A DNA stretch of 64,000 bases, from NCBI RefSeq assembly GCF_009914755.1, contig NC_060929.1, one strand, 5' to 3'. A program made the translations under genes and the position numbers. This stretch comes from the human T2T-CHM13v2.0 reference genome, Homo sapiens. Below the pieces are notes generated by a model that was not told where the DNA came from, did not search any database, and saw only the letters and a list, made by a program, of their open reading frames with translations. This document shows, piece after piece, positions 1 to 11,271 of the stretch (within the stretch, counting starts at the first letter, position 1; every line of letters begins with the position of its first letter).

Positions 1-302
1 TCACTGCTTCCAAAACCAAATAATGATGATAGTAACTCTGCCCACATGGGGATATGGCAGGAAACAGGGCTAAATTTCACTTCCTACCATAGAGCAGTTC
101 AAACGCAAAAACATTTGTATGCTTTGAAGTCATACCAACTCAGATCCTTTGCAGAATTTTTTTAGTAAATGCACTAAAAAGGGAAAATTTAAAAGGGGAT
201 TCATGTGCTTGGAATTGAACTGTGACATTAACTGAAAATATGAAATGATTCCTGCCCACAAGAAGTATTCAAGGTAGTTGACAGTAGAACAATACACTGA
301 GT

Positions 303-820
303 TTGACTGTAGGGACTACCTTCCATTCCCACTGCTCCTCATCTAATCCAGGCCTTCATCATCTCTTGCCAGGACAACTGCAAAAGTCTCTCAACTGCCC
401 ACCTGTCTACTACTCAAACACCTTTCAAATAGTATCCATCCCTGCTGTATACAGACTTAATCAAAATTCTTTGTTTGGATTATATTGCTTCCCTGATTAA
501 AAGCATTTGATGGCATAGAAATGAATAAAATTCAAACTCAGTAAGCACTAAAGAAACCTATTTCCTGCCTTCTTCCCAACTCTCTCTCTCTCTAGCCTCT
601 TCTCTTTAACCCCCTAGTCCTGCCATTTTAATGCATGATCCAACCAATCTTAGCTTTTTTGCCTTTATGCACCACACCTGGCTGTTTCATACCTCCAGTG
701 CCTTCTTGTTGCCTGGAGTGTTTTCTCTTCCACTCCCACACACTCTTACCCCAGTCTCCACAGGTAGAAGAGACCATCTCCTCCTTTGTGTTGCCTCGGT
801 ATCCTCCATAGACTTCCTTC
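303..820 (+). mobile_element. L2 LINE 3' region fragment (continues ~1120-1260 after the Alu)
   Basis: L2-like phrases 'ccaggccttcatcatctcttgcc', 'gccttcttgttgcctggagtg' and 'aaggcaggggtcatgtcttcttctttgtatctc'; heavily diverged. Confidence 0.6.
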
Positions 821-830
821 CATCAGACCT

Positions 831-1109
831 TTGTCATCCAGGCTGGAGTGCAGTGGTGCCATCACAGCTCAGAGTAATCTCAAACTTCTGGGCTCAAGTG
901 ATCCTCCCGTCTCGGCCTCCTGAGTAGTTGGGACTACAGGCATGCACCACCACTATGTTTGGCTAATTGTTTCATCTGTTAAAATCTGTTGAGCAAACAA
1001 GGTCTCACTATGTTATCCAGGCTATTCTTGAACTCCTAGGCATAAGTGATTCTCCTACCTCTGCCTCCTAAATTGCTAGGATTATAGGCGTGAGCCACTA
1101 TGCCCCGCC
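831..1109 (-). mobile_element. AluJ-type SINE lacking its poly(A) tail
   Basis: 'ccaggctggagtgcagtggtgccatcacagctca...ggcgtgagccactatgccccgcc'; direct repeat ccatcagacct at 820-830 and 1111-1121. Confidence 0.9.
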
Positions 1110-1369
1110 ACCATCAGACCTCTTATAATGGATTTGGAGATACCTTTCTTTTCAGGTCTATACTCTATATTAACCTACAATAAGGCAGGGGTCATGTCTT
1201 CTTCTTTGTATCTCTCAGAACTGTCTAACTGTCTTCAAGGACATTAAAACATTGCTAGAAATAGAAAACCCATATATGAAACAACTACAAATACAAACAA
1301 ACAGTATAAAAAGAAATGTTAAAGTATATGTATCATGCTCTGTCCACATTGAAAGTTCTATGAAGTCAC

Positions 1370-1550
1370 AAGGTATGGTAGAAAGAGTTTTAGTGTTAGA
1401 CAGACGTGAATTCACATCCTGACTCTTCCACCTCCCAGGTGTGTGAGCATACATACCTCAGCTAATTTCCCAATAGTGCCCACCTCACTGAGTAGCTGTG
1501 TAAACATTAGATGAGATGTGACAATCCATCACAGTAGTTGCTAAGAAAAT
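1370..1550 (+). mobile_element. MIR SINE fragment
   Basis: 'tatggtagaaagag...gttagacagacgtgaattcacatcctgactcttccac' resembles the MIR 5' end and core. Confidence 0.55.
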
Positions 1551-2869
1551 ACCTATTCTCATACCACTTCACTGAGAAGGGAGAGTGACTATATGTACCA
1601 AATTACTCAAGTATAACTGCTTAAAGTAGGTGAGATTTGAGCTTGACCTTGAATAGAAAGAAGAATTTGGACAGATAGATTTTTATACAAACTGCCATCC
1701 ATATGGAGAAATCACTGTAAAGAAGGCAGCTGACCTGCTTAAAACTCTTCCCAGATGTACCTAAGACCCAGCTTTCAGATGCTCTATCACTCCCACAACT
1801 CATCTCTCAGAGCAATGTGAGAGTCATTATACATGAACGCAATCCAGCTTCAAAACTCCTTCGTAAATTAGAGAGAAAATGTAAAATAGTAGTAATGGTA
1901 TTTAGAAAAGATTCATTATTTAATGAAAGAATGTTCCTAAAAATGATATTGAGCTGTTCACTTGTTTGCACAGAAGTACACATTAGACTAACAGACATCA
2001 GAGCTGGCACGACAATATCTACCAACATTCAAGCAAACACAGGGTAGGTAATAATTTCCATGTGTGGATGGTTCCAGTGTTAACAAAGCAGTCTAAAGCA
2101 ATCTCATTTACTTTTATGGTTAAGTATTCAAGACGCATCTTTTTTTTTAACATCCGAATGTTTTCATGGCTGAAGGGAGACCTGTATAGCCTGGAAAACA
2201 ATTTACAATGATGTGTAAAGTAGTTACATTTTCCAACAAGTCTGTTTCTTCAATTATTCCACCTATATTAATAGCTCTTCATGGCATTTGATAGATAATA
2301 GTCCCAATGCAATCACCCACTTCAGCTGGAGAAGAGCAAGTGCTATCCAAATAGAAAGAGTCCAAGTTTGCAGTTGATTACAAACTCAGGCCTTTGTGCA
2401 GACCATTCCCAGCACCGGCTAGCTGTCACTGAGAAAGGGTGCTGTTGGCAGGCTGCCCTGCTATCACTCTAACGCCAGTTCATTCTGTTTCAGATCTGCA
2501 GCTAGGTTTGTGCTATCAGAAAACCAAAGCAATTGATTCCTGTCTTCTACTGTTTAGATAAGTGGAACAATGTGTAATTTGGTTTAGGTAAAAAAAGAAA
2601 AAGAAAAAATATAAATTGTAGGAAAAGGCTTAAAGAAAGAGATAAAGACACAAACAGGATTTTTCTCCATCTCTTGAACTCAGTATGAATTTAATAAATT
2701 TAAAGAGATTTATAACGAATTGAAATAAAAAATCCAAAGATAAGAACTGAAAGTAAAAGAATGCAATGTTGTTGAAGTACTCATTTTCGATACCATTCAC
2801 GATCATCATATGTGGACAACTGCCATCGATTCTGAACTGGGGTCCCAGCTTAGGCTTTTGCCCCCTGTA

Positions 2870-3360
2870 ATCTTACCCACACATAATATCCACAGTTAGT
2901 CTTTTTAAATAGTAAGTCAAATACTATCATTTCTTTGCTCAAAATTCTTGAATGGCTTCCACCCTCATTCACAATAAAATCTAAAGTATTCACAAGCGTT
3001 TAGTGAACTTTCCAGCCTCACTTCATCACCCTCCTAATGCTTACTCCAACCAAGGCATACTCTGAACTCACAAAACACTAAGCCAGCTCCCACCTGCTGT
3101 CTACACCCCAACCCCCGCCAATGGCAGGCTTTCTTTTCACTCAGGTTTCTGCTCAAATGTCACCTACCCAGGGAGGTCTTCCCTGACCACACATCACTAT
3201 CATCCTCTGCTTCACTGCTCCTCTTAGCAGTTATCAATACTTCACATTAAATTACTTATCTGTCTCACCCATTAGAATATTAGCTGCAAGATGGGGATGT
3301 TGCATCTCAGAGCATGGAACACTGGAAGCTACATGGTAGACACTCAAAAAATGTCGCGGC
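2870..3360 (+). mobile_element. L2 LINE 3' end
   Basis: 'tcaggtttctgctcaaatgtcacct...gtctcacccattagaatattagctgcaag...tggtagacactcaaaaaatg'. Confidence 0.7.
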
Positions 3361-4719
3361 AGAAAGTAAGGGAGGAAAGGAGAGAGAAAAAAGGAAGTTT
3401 TCCTTGTCTTACTACTCAAATGTTGGTGTCTTTGCTCCCCAAATAACTGAATGTGTAGGCTAATTGGAGAACAACTATTTATGTCCCTGGATCGATTTCC
3501 TAGAGATAGTAACATTAGGAAAAGAGCAAGGGCTTCGGAAACAAAGAAACCTGGATTTAAATCCCATCTCCATCACCAAAGAGCTTTTTGACTTTGAACA
3601 AGTTTTTTAAACTCTGTTGAACTTTACAGTTGGTAAGCCTTTAAACACCCGTTAAGTATTGGCTAGGCACTAGAGATACCTCAGAAAAACTGAGAGAATT
3701 AAATTAACCAAACTCCATTAAAAGTAGCTTGGCAAAAATGCATGATTAATAAATATTAGCTCTCTGTTCCCTACCCCATCTACCTCATCCTCCCAGCAGC
3801 TTTACCTGCCCAATAAATGCACCTTGGATAAGCAAAAGGAAGAGTGGCTGCTGGAAGACTATGAAACCTACAATGAACAAACAAAGTAACTCCAGTGAAA
3901 ACACTTTGAAAAGGGCAGTACAGTATACAAATAAACTGAAGAAGTTATCATTCCCTTTGTTAAAAATGTACTGCAGAACCAGTTTTTCATGTCTTGAACT
4001 TGTAGTAAGTAAATTAGCTTGAGGACACTCCAAGTAAAAAGGACTCTGGGGCAAAGAATAAGCCAAGTGAAGATGAAACAGAGAAAAGAAGACAAAGTGT
4101 TCCAAGGGGGAATAACTACTCTTGACAAAGCACTCCAGAACGCCAGGTGTCTGAACATCAGGGAACTGACTGGCCAGCACCTCCAGTAAGTGCTCCATCA
4201 GACTCACACTGACTCCAGTTTCCATCTTCATAGGAGAAGAAATACAAGCCCACAACATCACAAACAAGCCCTTAGGTCGTCTGCAGCCATCTTTCCCACT
4301 GATGTGTGGTCGTGATCAAGCTCTGGGAAGGACAGGATAGAAGATACAGTGAAAATCACCCCACCAATCAACAGAAGTGAGTAAAATATAAGCAACAGGA
4401 GAACACTGTTCATATTTATCCTCATCCTACATGGACTCTCCCTAAATTGCCTCCCTTGAGCACACAGTACTTCAGGGAAGAAAATTAACATTCCTCTGAG
4501 TTCCTGAAATATGTTGGGTCTTGGGATCTTCACCATCACATACATTGTCTCATTTTATCACCACAGTAATCCAAGAAAATCCCCATTTTCTAGAGGAAAA
4601 AGCTGAGACTTAGGAAGCTGATGAAAGTATTAAAGCCAGAAATAGCATTTAGCACTAACTCTATAAAAAAAAGAAACAAGTCATCTCTTGCATTTGTATA
4701 CTAGAACTTTATAAATTAC

Positions 4720-4930
4720 AGTGTTTTCACAGGCATTCCCCTAAATTAACTTCCACAAACATACCTTCGAAGGCAAATCATACAGTATTAGTATCTCACT
4801 ACATAACCGAAAAAGCTGAGGCTCAGAGCAATTGAATGATTTGTCTAAAACTGCACAGCAAGTAAGTGGCAGAACTGGGAGACTTGAACCTACTTCCCTA
4901 ATTCTGGGAATGGTGCTCTTTCCTCTAAGA
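4720..4930 (-). mobile_element. MIR SINE
   Basis: Reverse MIR core 'aaaagctgaggctcagagcaattgaatgatttgtctaaaactgcacagcaagtaagtggcagaactggga'. Confidence 0.75.
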
Positions 4931-5589
4931 GATGATTCCTACTTCTCAAAAGAGAAGTAGATGTATGTAAACCACATGCATTTTAAAATTTGAGCTGGAA
5001 AAGGACATAGTTACCATCTAGAACCTGTAAGTAATAACCCAATCCCCCTGAGTTATCTGGGTGACAAAAGCTGTTGATACCTCAAATCTCCATGGCTCAG
5101 CACCATGAAGACTTACTTCTAACCCAAGTGAAAGCTCAAAACAGGTACTGTAGATATACAGTAGTTCAAAGATCCAGGTTTCATTTATCCTTCACTTGGG
5201 CCTCTGCACCCAGGCAAAGGGGAAAAAAATGGACACACATCACTTCAGTTTCATTCTACTGGGAGCACTAGTCACAGGCCATTCCTGGATGCCAGTGGCC
5301 ATGTGGTACATGGCTGTGCAGCCACTTCACATGAACAACTCTACACTATGAAAAGCAGAGCATGAATTATAAGTGAATAGCTAGTTATCTTTGTCATTCC
5401 CTACTAACATAACCAATCATGGAACAAAAAACGGCTATGAGGTAATACCCTTAAAGTCAGGAGCCAGCTTAAATTGTTTTACACAGCCACAAACAAGCAT
5501 AATATTTTCAAACATTATTTGATCCTGCTGCTATATAGTCTTCCAAAGTATACAAATAATAACAAATAAATGTAATTTGCCCCTAAGGA

Positions 5590-5740
5590 TAGTATATTCT
5601 CATCCATCAGGGAATATGAGATCACCTGGGATGAACACTAAATTTTAAAAATGTAGATTTCCAGGACCCAGACCCAGTAATTTTTACATAAGTGCTTCTG
5701 ATGCCTCAGGCCCACAGACCATACTTTGTGAAATACTGCC
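5590..5740. mobile_element. MER5-like hAT-Charlie MITE
   Basis: 'gatcacctggg...aaaaatgtagatttccaggaccc...cccacagaccatactttgtgaaatactg'. Confidence 0.55.
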
Positions 5741-7304
5741 ACATAACCACAGTTATTTCATGACTAGTGATTATATAATGGCTCCTTAAATGTTAGACTG
5801 GAGAGAGGAGAAATACATCAGCCATCCAACAGCCTCCTCGAAAAACCCAGCAGAAGTCAGCTCCAGGAAGGAGCAGGAAATCTTTGTGGTTTCAGATTTT
5901 CCACATTCAAACATACACCCACTCCCACAAAGGGTTTGTTTTGCTGTCTAGGTCCTACTTTCTGGTCTCCTTGACACCGCAGAAACAACTTGGCCCTTCG
6001 CAAAGACTCAGATAATTTCAAATGGCAGGAGTTGCCTCACAAGGACAAAGGAGACAAAGATGGATTGGGCACACCTAAGACCTAGAAAAAATAATATCTG
6101 TATTTAATAACTTCTATTTTACCTACAACACTGTGGCTCTCTCTGGAGCAAGGAGAAAGTAGGGTATGAGGTACCGGCTACACTCAAGCTACAAAACAGT
6201 TGTTGCTCATTAACCTTGTATAACGTGACATCTGATTCTTCCTTAACACAGGTAACAAATCACTTCTCATATCAGGGAGTTGCCCCAGAAGCCTTCAAAC
6301 TATTTTAAGCCTAGTGCCGTGTCCCAGAAATCATTCTAAATGTTATCAATGGTGATCCTGAGAAATTCAAGCACAGTCAGTCAAAGAAAGTAATTCAAAA
6401 TATTTTCCACTTTGTGAGTCTTTGGAAGACCTTTTTATTGGAAAAACAGAAAAATAAATTAAGATTCAGAATGCTTGGCTTCATCCGGATTGCCAGGTTT
6501 TGCAATTGTTCATTGAATCAGATGGGACTGAAAAAAAAAAAGGCAGTCAGAGAGTACCTGAATGTCAGCTGGGGCAGGAGAGACTGGGGATAAAAATAAA
6601 ACCAACTTGGTAGCTGATTAAACCTGCAGCAGGGCCTGGCAACTGTGGTGGGGGGAGGGAGTTATGATCTGGGCATGCCATAATGCTCCCACCTACCTAG
6701 GGGTCTCCAAGAGCATGACACTTTGATAAGGCTCCAGTCTAGAGACCGCTAGAGAGTAACCAGTAACACATACACACTCTCCTTAGAGCCCTGGGAAATT
6801 TCAAATTCTCCAACATGGAGGATCCAAATTATTGTCTACAAGCTGAAATATGCCCAAGCTTATGCCCCCACCCAGCACTCATAGCCGTTATCCTCCACCT
6901 GCCTTGCAATTCTAATCAGACACCACCTCCACCATGTTGTATTCTTGCTGCTCCTTCTCCCACATACCTGACCTCACCATGTCACCAAGCTTCTCTTTTC
7001 TTACACAAGTAATTTCCAGACTTGCACCTACAAGGCATGGGTGGGTTACTTGCCCCTCCAGGTCACTGACTCCAGAGGCAATCTTTTCTTCTCATCTCCT
7101 CTCCACCTCCACATCCAGCCAAGCTGTCTCCCACCCCTCCACTTCCCGTTTCCCCAGTCACCCAGATTCAGGCATTGCCCTTGTCCCCCTCACAGGTTCC
7201 TGTCTGTAATTCCTGCCTCCAGTTTCTCATCACTCCAATGTACCCTTTAAACTATGCCTAGACTATTTGGTAAATAACTAACCATTAACATTTCAACCCT
7301 GAAT

Positions 7305-7746
7305 AAGGTGGATGTTACTGATTAATGGTGCCAATTCTTCAACTTTCCTTGAATCTATGTCCTTTACCATGTAAATCTGCAGTTCCCTTTCACACTGACT
7401 TGAATTGGTCATGAGACTTGTTTGGCCTATAAGATGCTTACTTGAGAAGGATTTGCAAACTGACCTTGCTTACTCTTGTGCTTCTACAATTGCCATGAGA
7501 ACATTCATGGGCTGGCCTACTGTATGAGAAGCATGTGAAGAGCTGGGGAGCTCCAGCAAGAGCAACCTTATACCAGCCAAAAGCCCAACACCAGACATAT
7601 GAGTGAGCCCAGCTGAGACCAAAATTATTCAATTAAGTTCAGTGTAACTCACCAACAGACTAAATAAATGCTTATTGTTTTAAGCTGCTGTTTTGTGGGG
7701 AGATTTGGTATGAGACATTATGGTGGCAACAGATAGCCAATAGGAC
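7305..7746 (+). mobile_element. Old MaLR solo LTR (MLT1H/J-like)
   Basis: 'ggtcatgagacttgtttggcc' and 3' 'aataaatgcttattgttttaagctgctg...ggcaacagatagccaata'. Confidence 0.65.
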
Positions 7747-8579
7747 AATACACAATACAATGAGATTATTTCAAAAGATATTCTGCCCATCCTGTTCATA
7801 ATCAAAGCTTCCCCTTCATGTCACCATCTGTCTAGTTCCTGAGACTTCCACCCTTCTATTTGTAGGTTTTACGTGCCCCTGGGCCAACAGACAGAATAGA
7901 TCAGATCTGAACAGACCTTTACTATAGACCTTTCTTCCACATGCTTGAGAAGAGAAGATTCCTGGTAATTGGTGATATTCAACATTTTGTGATGAGACCA
8001 GTAAGTAAGCAGTGACTCAGTTTCCTTACAGTTAGAACTGGTGACAGAAGGTGTCCAATGCAGAAACAGTTAAGGTTTTACAATCTAGCCCCTCAATTTG
8101 GGAAAATTAATGCCAAAAGTGTGTATCTGAATCTTTCTCTTACACTGACCAGCAGCTTCCCAGAAAAATGGTTGTGTTTTCACAGGATATGTTTCTGACT
8201 GGTCTCACGTCCATGTGTGGGCGATCCAGGGGAGAGAGCAGAACCCATCAGAGAAGTCCTTGAGATACAAATGGAAGGATTTGTTAAGGATTGTGCAAAA
8301 GGAGAAGAAACCAATCAGTACTTTGACTTATTGCCCCACAATTTGTGTTTTCTCTCCCCAAGTTGAATACAAATTATTTGAGAACAAGTTTTCAATTCAA
8401 TCCTCTTTTGAGGTGGCAATAGAGGCAACAGAAAAAAACTGGATTTAAAATCATGAACTCTGTCATCAGGGAAAGCAACTTAATCACTGTTTTCTGTGGG
8501 TTAGAGTTGTCTGTTGTCTTATGTAATCACAGAATATAGAGAATATGTAGATGATGAATGGGTAGAATAAGTAGATCAA

Positions 8580-8870
8580 CTAAATGTCACCTTCTTACTC
8601 TAAGAAAACACACTCTGTCACCCTAGCCCATTATTCTCTCACATTCCTATGTTTTATTTTCTTCATAGCACTTTATTATTATCCATAATAATCTTATATA
8701 TCTATTTACATATCTATTTTCTATTTTCCTCAAGTCAAATGTAAGCACCATGAAGGCAGAGTCTCCACAAGAGGAGGATTCCATGAGGGTGTATCATTTA
8801 CTATTGCATCTCCAGCTTTCAGAAATTGTTAGTCACATGGCAGGTACTCAGTGAATAATAACTTGAAGGA
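8580..8870 (+). mobile_element. L2 3' end
   Basis: 'tttattttcttcatagcactt...tgtaagcaccatgaaggcaga...catggcaggtactcagtgaata'. Confidence 0.7.
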
Positions 8871-9785
8871 AGAAAAGACGGTAAGAAGAGAGAGAGAGGA
8901 GGAAGGAAAGAAAGGAGGAAGGGAAGGAGAAAAAGATTAATGGGTGCATGGAAACTTTATCTTCAGAGTTATCTAACTTCCTATTAATAACATCCAATCC
9001 ATCAAAGGAATTATATTTCTTTGGGCACACTTGGGGTTACAGAAAGAATTTCAATTCATAAAGAGACAGGCAAAAACATTTTCTTTGCATTATAAAAAGT
9101 ACTTGGTATTCATACAAATATTTTAATCCAAAGATTTCTGTGTTCTCTAACTGATAACCTATTCTCTAAATTTTTAAGTTTGGGAATTCTTCATATAAAT
9201 ACACAAATGGACCCAGTGAAGGACCGCAGAACGAGCCATCTAACACTACTTAGCGTATTTCCTTGTCTGCATAATTAAAGAGTTGGATAACATAGTTTTT
9301 ATGATTTCTTTTGAAACTCTATAAGTTAATGATAATTAGGAAAGCCATCGCTTCTGGTTTCAAGCTCTACTGCAAGAAACCATAATATTCACCATATATA
9401 TTTTCAAAATTAAGTAACTACTGAAAAGCATGAAAGCTGAATGGGGTGCTATACATTCATGTTTAAGCTTGCTGAAGAAAGGTCAGCTGGAATTACAAAA
9501 TTCTGATTTAAAAATACTCCTCTGCCAACATTAATTTTGAATGCGAGAATTAGATACCTTAGAGCCTAAAGGAGCATTATATGGCCAGGGACCTCAACTC
9601 TAACAAAGGCAGGCCTGCCAGCAGCTCCAGCTACAGTCAAAGATGTACAAAATGCTCCCTGTCCTGTTGGATAATAAAATTTTCTGAATTTCTATTTGCC
9701 TCCTTGAAATGAGGCATGAATGAGGACCCAAGATGAGATTAATATAGTCTCTTTTCCATCCTCTTGATTCACCCCCATCACAGTA

Positions 9786-10300
9786 GGTGTCTTAGTCCAG
9801 GCTCTTTTGTTTGCAAGTAACAGAAACTCTCTTAGCATGGTTAAGGGAAAATAGCATGCTTTTCATAATGGAATAATGCTATCTTGTGGAATCTGGGACA
9901 CGAAGGTGCCTGAGCCCTAGTAGGAGTAAACATTTTGTTACCAGTAGGAACAAGGCCACCCACTCTCTTGATCTTGGTTCTTAGATCCCCTGCTCTGCTC
10001 TGCTCTGCTCTATCTGCCTCAGGGATTGTTACATTCTCCTTGCCTATGGCCACCACCCAGCGCCCTGGTTTATAGAACCTCAGTTCAAGCCATGTGTAGA
10101 GGCTGAAACTAACACCCCCTCCACCAAATCCAAAGTCCTGGGAAAGAGATTCTGATTAGCCCACACTGGGCCAAGTAACCTCCTTTATTCAAATCAACTG
10201 TGACAAGAGGGCAAATATGACTGTGAAGAATTCATCTGTGAGTCAAGAAAGGGCAGCCATGGGAAAATAAGGTCATTATGAAGACACTCCAAAGAGAGGC
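9786..10300 (-). mobile_element. Old MaLR LTR (MLT1L/M/N-like)
   Basis: 'tgtcttagtccaggctcttttgtttgcaagtaacagaaac' and 'gattctgattagccc'. Confidence 0.5.
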
Positions 10301-10367
10301 AGCAATAACATCTTCACAAGGACTCTATTAGGAGGGAGGCCCTTCTCATACAAGCTAAGAAATGACC

Positions 10368-10862
10368 TGTGTTAAGGTTCTCCTAGAGGGACAGAACTTA
10401 CATGACAGATCATGTCAGTTAATAACTAATAGGATATATATACACACACACATATACATATATACATGTATATATATTTATAAAGTTTATTAAGTATTAA
10501 CTTACGCGATCACAAGGTCCCACACTAAGCTGTCTAAAAGCTGAGGAGCAAGGAGAGCCAGTCCGAGTCCCAAAACTGAAGAACTTGGAGTCCAATGTTT
10601 GAGGGCAGGAAACATCCAGCACAGGAGGAAGATGGAGGCTGGGAGGCTAGGCCAGTCTCGCTCCTTTTCACATATTTCTGCCTGCTTTATATTCGCTGGA
10701 AGCTGATTAGATTGTACCCACCAGATTAAGTGTGAATCTGTCTTCCCCAGCCCACTGACTCAAATCTTAATCTCTTTTGGCAACACCCACACAGATGCAT
10801 CCAGAATTAATACTTTGTATCCTTCAATCCAATCAAGTTGACACTCAGTATTAACCATCACA
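10368..10862 (-). mobile_element. MLT2A1 solo LTR (HERV-L)
   Basis: Minus strand begins tgtgatggttaatactgagtgtcaacttgattggattgaagg; TG...CA termini; near-TSD tgacc/tgagc; TATAAA 10686-10691, GTAAGT 10500-10505 and AATAAA 10486-10491, all on the minus strand. Confidence 0.92.
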
Positions 10863-10899
10863 TGAGCAGAGTGAAGACGCTTCCCAACAGGCATCTTGA

Positions 10900-11271
10900 G
10901 TTGCCACAAACAGTGGCTTAAAACAACACACACTGATTACTTTATAATTCTGTAGATCAGAAGTCCAACATGGGTCTCACTGGGCTAAAATCTAGGTGTT
11001 AGCAGGGGAGACAGTCTACATATCTATGGGAGAATACACAGTATTCCCTTTCCTTTTCCAGCTTCTAGAGGCCATTCACATAGTTCCGTCTTCCATCTGC
11101 AAAGTGAGCAAAGTTGCATCTCTGACCATTCTTCCGTCATCATATCTCTTTCTCTGGCCACAGTCTAAGGGCTTCTCTGATTTTAGGGGCCCATGTGATT
11201 AGATTGGCACCACTCAGAGAGTCTACATTATCTCCCAATCTCAAGGACTTTAACTTAATCACATCTGCAAG
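10900..11271 (-). mobile_element. MLT1C/D/E-like MaLR LTR truncated by the tandem array
   Basis: 'ggcttaaaacaac...gatcagaagtccaacatgggtctcactgggctaaaatc...cttaatcacatctgcaag'; same family as 51880-52374 but lacks the part after 'catctgcaag'. Confidence 0.8.

Noticed and set aside
3785-4545. 160-aa and adjacent hydrophobic minus-strand ORFs
   Set aside because: No recognisable domain or splice structure; consistent with purine-rich unique or L2-derived DNA read antisense.
5096-5116. REST/RE1-like TCAGCACC half-sites (also ~30291 and ~59663)
   Set aside because: The right half-site GGACAG is missing.
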